This document shows, piece by piece, positions 61,055 to 64,000 of a DNA stretch of 64,000 nucleotides. The translations under genes were made by a program, and so were the position numbers. Source of the stretch: an uncultured bacterium (GTDB lineage Bacteria; Fidelibacterota; Marinisomatia; Marinisomatales; UBA1611); contig CBFIBM010000011.1 of NCBI GenBank assembly GCA_965660855.1, positions 1 through 64,000 of the forward strand. The letters run 5' to 3'. How positions within the stretch are numbered: the first letter of the stretch is position 1; each line of letters opens with the position of its first letter. The notes beneath the pieces are model-generated. The model was not told the DNA's origin and did not search any database. It saw only the letters and a program-made list of their open reading frames with translations.

Positions 61055-63721
61055 TTATTTTAATAAAGTTAGTTTTCTAATGATTCTATCGTTTTTAGTT
61101 TTAAATTCCAAAAAATAGATACCATTACTTATGCTATTTGCATTCCATCTAATAAGGTTTATTCCAACTTTAAAATAATTATTATTAAACCTTTTCACTA
61201 ATCTCCCTTTTATATCAAAAATTGAAATTTTGACATTTTCTTTTCCGGTCTCATTTAATTCAAATGAAATTAATGTTGAATTATTAAATGGGTTTGGGTA
61301 GATGTTGTTGAGAGAAAAGTTTGTTGATAAAAGCACATCGGTCTCATTTGAAAGAATTTCATTAATTAATATTTCACCTGAACCATTTATAAATGGAACT
61401 CCACTATTCCCCCACTTATCTAACTGCAAAACAACATCAGTTGTGACAGTTATTTGATCGTTAAGCTGAGCTTCTTCATTGACAAAGCAATTAACAGTGA
61501 ACAGAGTATTTGCACCAATTGGGGTTGGCTCATTCCAGTTTGAGATTCCTACTGTAAGAACGCTCCCATTATAGTTCACATCAAACTCCCATTCATTTGA
61601 CAACGAGGGTTCAATCATTGGCGTCCATTCTTGATCTTGATTCCAGTCAGTAAACGGTTCACCATTATCATAAATACTATTTCCATTTTCATCTTCAAAT
61701 GGCTCGTCACTTGGAGTGATAATATTAGGAGTATTTTCAAGCCTTATCACACTTAGGCTTATGGGGACTGTATTAATTGAAGTTACTTGATATGATGCGC
61801 TACCACCTATCGCTCCATTATTGGACTGTATTGTATAATATTGATCAACGGAATTAATTACGTAATTAGCTTCATTAGAGAAAGTAATTCCTACCTCTTT
61901 ATTATCATAAGTATGTGCTAAAGCCATTTTATACTTGACGTTAACATCTGTACCTACTCCAACATTATTAAATAATTGTAACTCCAAAAATTCTCCTGAT
62001 CCAGGATCAATAACAGGGTTTAAAAGTTGCAAATGGTTTCCGTTTATAATAAGACTATCATATGAAACTCGATCTATTGGATTTGCTCCAATTATTTCTA
62101 CAAAAGAGGGACTAAACTCCAATTCAAACTCAAATTCAGATAATTGCATGTCATTATTTAAGCTGAGACGTATTGACCCTATATTATATGCACTACCAGT
62201 TCCATCACTTATGCCTGCTTCGGCCAGAATTATCTCATTATACTGAATATCAAATGTCATTATTTCTTGTGGGTCAGATATATTATCGATCCTAACTAAT
62301 GAAGGGAGCCCGTAAAGACTCGTAGTGTTAGGGAATGAAGAATGGCTAAATTCTCTATTATCCGTATCTCCTGGAAAAAGGTCTGCTCCATTACTAGGAC
62401 CACCGTTTTCTAATGCAAACAACCCATCGGCTTGTTCAAGGCCCACTCCATAAAATGGTTCATCTGTATTAGGACTCCAACCATTTGCAATTTCATCATT
62501 AATATGCCAAATAGCAAGTCCAGCAGTTGGCATGAGAGTATCAGATCCAATTTTTTGTCTATTTTCAATTAACCAATACTCTTCACTCACATCTGGGTGA
62601 TTAACTCTAACTATGCGATTACTTGAATAAGTCTGAGTTAGTGAAATACTGGAATAATCATCTTCAATCTCATCTACTTCAGCCCATCCAAGCTGAGCTT
62701 TACACCAGCCAATCATAGTCGCTGGATACCAAGGTGTATTTCCAACTGTTCCCCAAGACCCGCTTGCCATTAATGCAAGTTTTCCTGCGCCAGTTGAAGA
62801 GTAGTCTGTATCATATAAGTCAGGGAGGCCTAGTGCATGCCCAAATTCATGGGCTAGAACACCGATTGCAACAATATTACCATTTTGAATCTCGGGATTA
62901 ATAGTATAGCTGCTTATTACAACACCATCGTAGCTGACAGATAAGTTTCCAAGGCTCCATTTATGGGACCATATATTTGTTTCTATTCCTTCTTCTGCTC
63001 CAGCCCCTTGATGAATGATGTTTAAAGCATCAACATAGCCGTCTCCATCATTATCATATTGTGACCAATCAAAGCCAGACTCCTCTATTTCATCGACTGC
63101 ATTTCTGATTAATTCTCTTACTCTATCATACCCATTATTGTGACCATAATAATCATGATTGTTTTGAGATGTAACCCAATTAGATACATCAGATTTAGCT
63201 AAAAATTGGCCATGTGATATTTCCTTATAAAAATCATGGAAGCTTCCTGTGTTGTCAAAATTGGGGTGACTATAGCCTCTTTGATTGAGCACCAGTCCAA
63301 TTTGTTCTGGGGTGTAAGTAAAATTTGCATCAGGGAAATCAATTAACAGCCATGGAATGTTAAATGTATCGGATCTTGTTTGCGATAATTCTGGAACGGG
63401 TGAGTTATCTATAAATTCAATTTTTGGGGGTCTTATATTTTCTAATGCAAAAGGATTAGAATCTATCCCAACTTTAAACTGAGAAGGTATTAAACCATTT
63501 GAATTACTACCGCTTGCGTAGACCCACCAATTGTTTTGATCTTTTATGATTGTTGACCCTTCATATTCATGCCATGCCTGCAAAAAATTTCCTCTAATAT
63601 GGATTTTAAAAGACTCTCCATTTGGCTGGGAAACTTCAAAAGGGGTAGGGCTGGCTTGGTCAGACATCAGAGTAGATATATAAAAAAGAGTTATTATAAA
63701 TAAATTTTTAATTTTTGTCAT
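61055..63721 (-). CDS. M6 (immune inhibitor A-like) metalloprotease with two cohesin-like domains and FlgD/T9SS-like tail
   Basis: QP.G propeptide, HEFGHALGLPDLYD, LMASGSW, EYWLIENRQ; YPNPFN...GIYF...KLTLLK tail. Confidence 0.9.
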   Translation of the reverse strand: MTKIKNLFIITLFYISTLMSDQASPTPFEVSQPNGESFKIHIRGNFLQAWHEYEGSTIIKDQNNWWVYASGSNSNGLIPSQFKVGIDSNPFALENIRPPKIEFIDNSPVPELSQTRSDTFNIPWLLIDFPDANFTYTPEQIGLVLNQRGYSHPNFDNTGSFHDFYKEISHGQFLAKSDVSNWVTSQNNHDYYGHNNGYDRVRELIRNAVDEIEESGFDWSQYDNDGDGYVDALNIIHQGAGAEEGIETNIWSHKWSLGNLSVSYDGVVISSYTINPEIQNGNIVAIGVLAHEFGHALGLPDLYDTDYSSTGAGKLALMASGSWGTVGNTPWYPATMIGWCKAQLGWAEVDEIEDDYSSISLTQTYSSNRIVRVNHPDVSEEYWLIENRQKIGSDTLMPTAGLAIWHINDEIANGWSPNTDEPFYGVGLEQADGLFALENGGPSNGADLFPGDTDNREFSHSSFPNTTSLYGLPSLVRIDNISDPQEIMTFDIQYNEIILAEAGISDGTGSAYNIGSIRLSLNNDMQLSEFEFELEFSPSFVEIIGANPIDRVSYDSLIINGNHLQLLNPVIDPGSGEFLELQLFNNVGVGTDVNVKYKMALAHTYDNKEVGITFSNEANYVINSVDQYYTIQSNNGAIGGSASYQVTSINTVPISLSVIRLENTPNIITPSDEPFEDENGNSIYDNGEPFTDWNQDQEWTPMIEPSLSNEWEFDVNYNGSVLTVGISNWNEPTPIGANTLFTVNCFVNEEAQLNDQITVTTDVVLQLDKWGNSGVPFINGSGEILINEILSNETDVLLSTNFSLNNIYPNPFNNSTLISFELNETGKENVKISIFDIKGRLVKRFNNNYFKVGINLIRWNANSISNGIYFLEFKTKNDRIIRKLTLLK

Positions 63722-63817
63722 AATTTAAAGTATATTATTTAATAAACATTTATACTAATCTTATTCTAATTGTTATATTTGTAATTATAATCAGGATAAG
63801 AACTAATCAATATATCA

Positions 63818-64000
63818 ATGAAAAGACGTTTTGAGTACATAATTTTTATTAGTGTTTTTGCATTTTTGAACACAAACTGTTCGTTGGAAGATAATGATAA
63901 TGATGAATCAGTGTCAAACAATGTTGTAAATTCATTAACTGAGGCTAGTCTTGGAGGTAAAGAAGGTTCTGTCGAAGATTATTTTTATAACTTTGAAAAT
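63818..64000 (+). CDS. lipoprotein, 5' partial (runs off window)
   Basis: MKRRFEYIIFISVFAFLNTNC..., open to window end. Confidence 0.65.
   Translation, partial: MKRRFEYIIFISVFAFLNTNCSLEDNDNDESVSNNVVNSLTEASLGGKEGSVEDYFYNFEN

Noticed and set aside
1774..62246. Short antisense or overlapping ORFs in the track (e.g. 1774-1989, 4187-4408, 17830-18129, 26535-26846, 42736-43047, 61935-62246)
   Set aside because: They overlap well-supported genes and have no motifs; shadow ORFs
1..64000. Alternative genetic code (stop reassignment) to explain two internal stops
   Set aside because: The internal stops differ (TGA and TAA), and both codons end many conserved genes at the expected place, including ATGA/GTGA overlaps

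Overview
AT-rich chromosomal segment of a Gram-negative, probably marine bacterium. The FlgD/T9SS-like C-terminal tags, dockerin-like tails, Ni-SOD and gene content suggest an FCB-group lineage such as Marinimicrobia/Marinisomatota; this is inference, not a database result. It holds about 60 CDS. Contents in order: a degenerate tRNA-Pro 3' fragment with terminator; an accessory block of secreted proteins (TonB receptor, GH16, a heme-c/LRR/tandem-repeat protein, beta-propeller lipoproteins); housekeeping singletons (selU, gdhA, rnhA, pepC, ppk2); a near-complete eukaryote-like kynurenine (Trp to NAD / 2-aminomuconate) operon running into rpe-tkt-rpiB; a mammalian-type cysteine dioxygenase; System II cytochrome c maturation genes; an oxidative-stress island (sodN/sodX, peroxiredoxin, PerR, rubrerythrin-Fe/S oxidoreductase-DUF3501); tig-clpP-clpX, with ClpX lacking its zinc finger; and an M6 protease with cohesin-like domains. 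The strongest leads are (1) a possible non-cellulosomal cohesin-dockerin surface complex built on a protease scaffold, (2) a secreted heme-c LRR protein, (3) several genes whose conserved N-termini can only be made from ATT/ATA/CTG starts, and (4) an orphan SDR at the unassigned step of the kynurenine pathway. No CRISPR array, rRNA, transposase or phage genes were seen.
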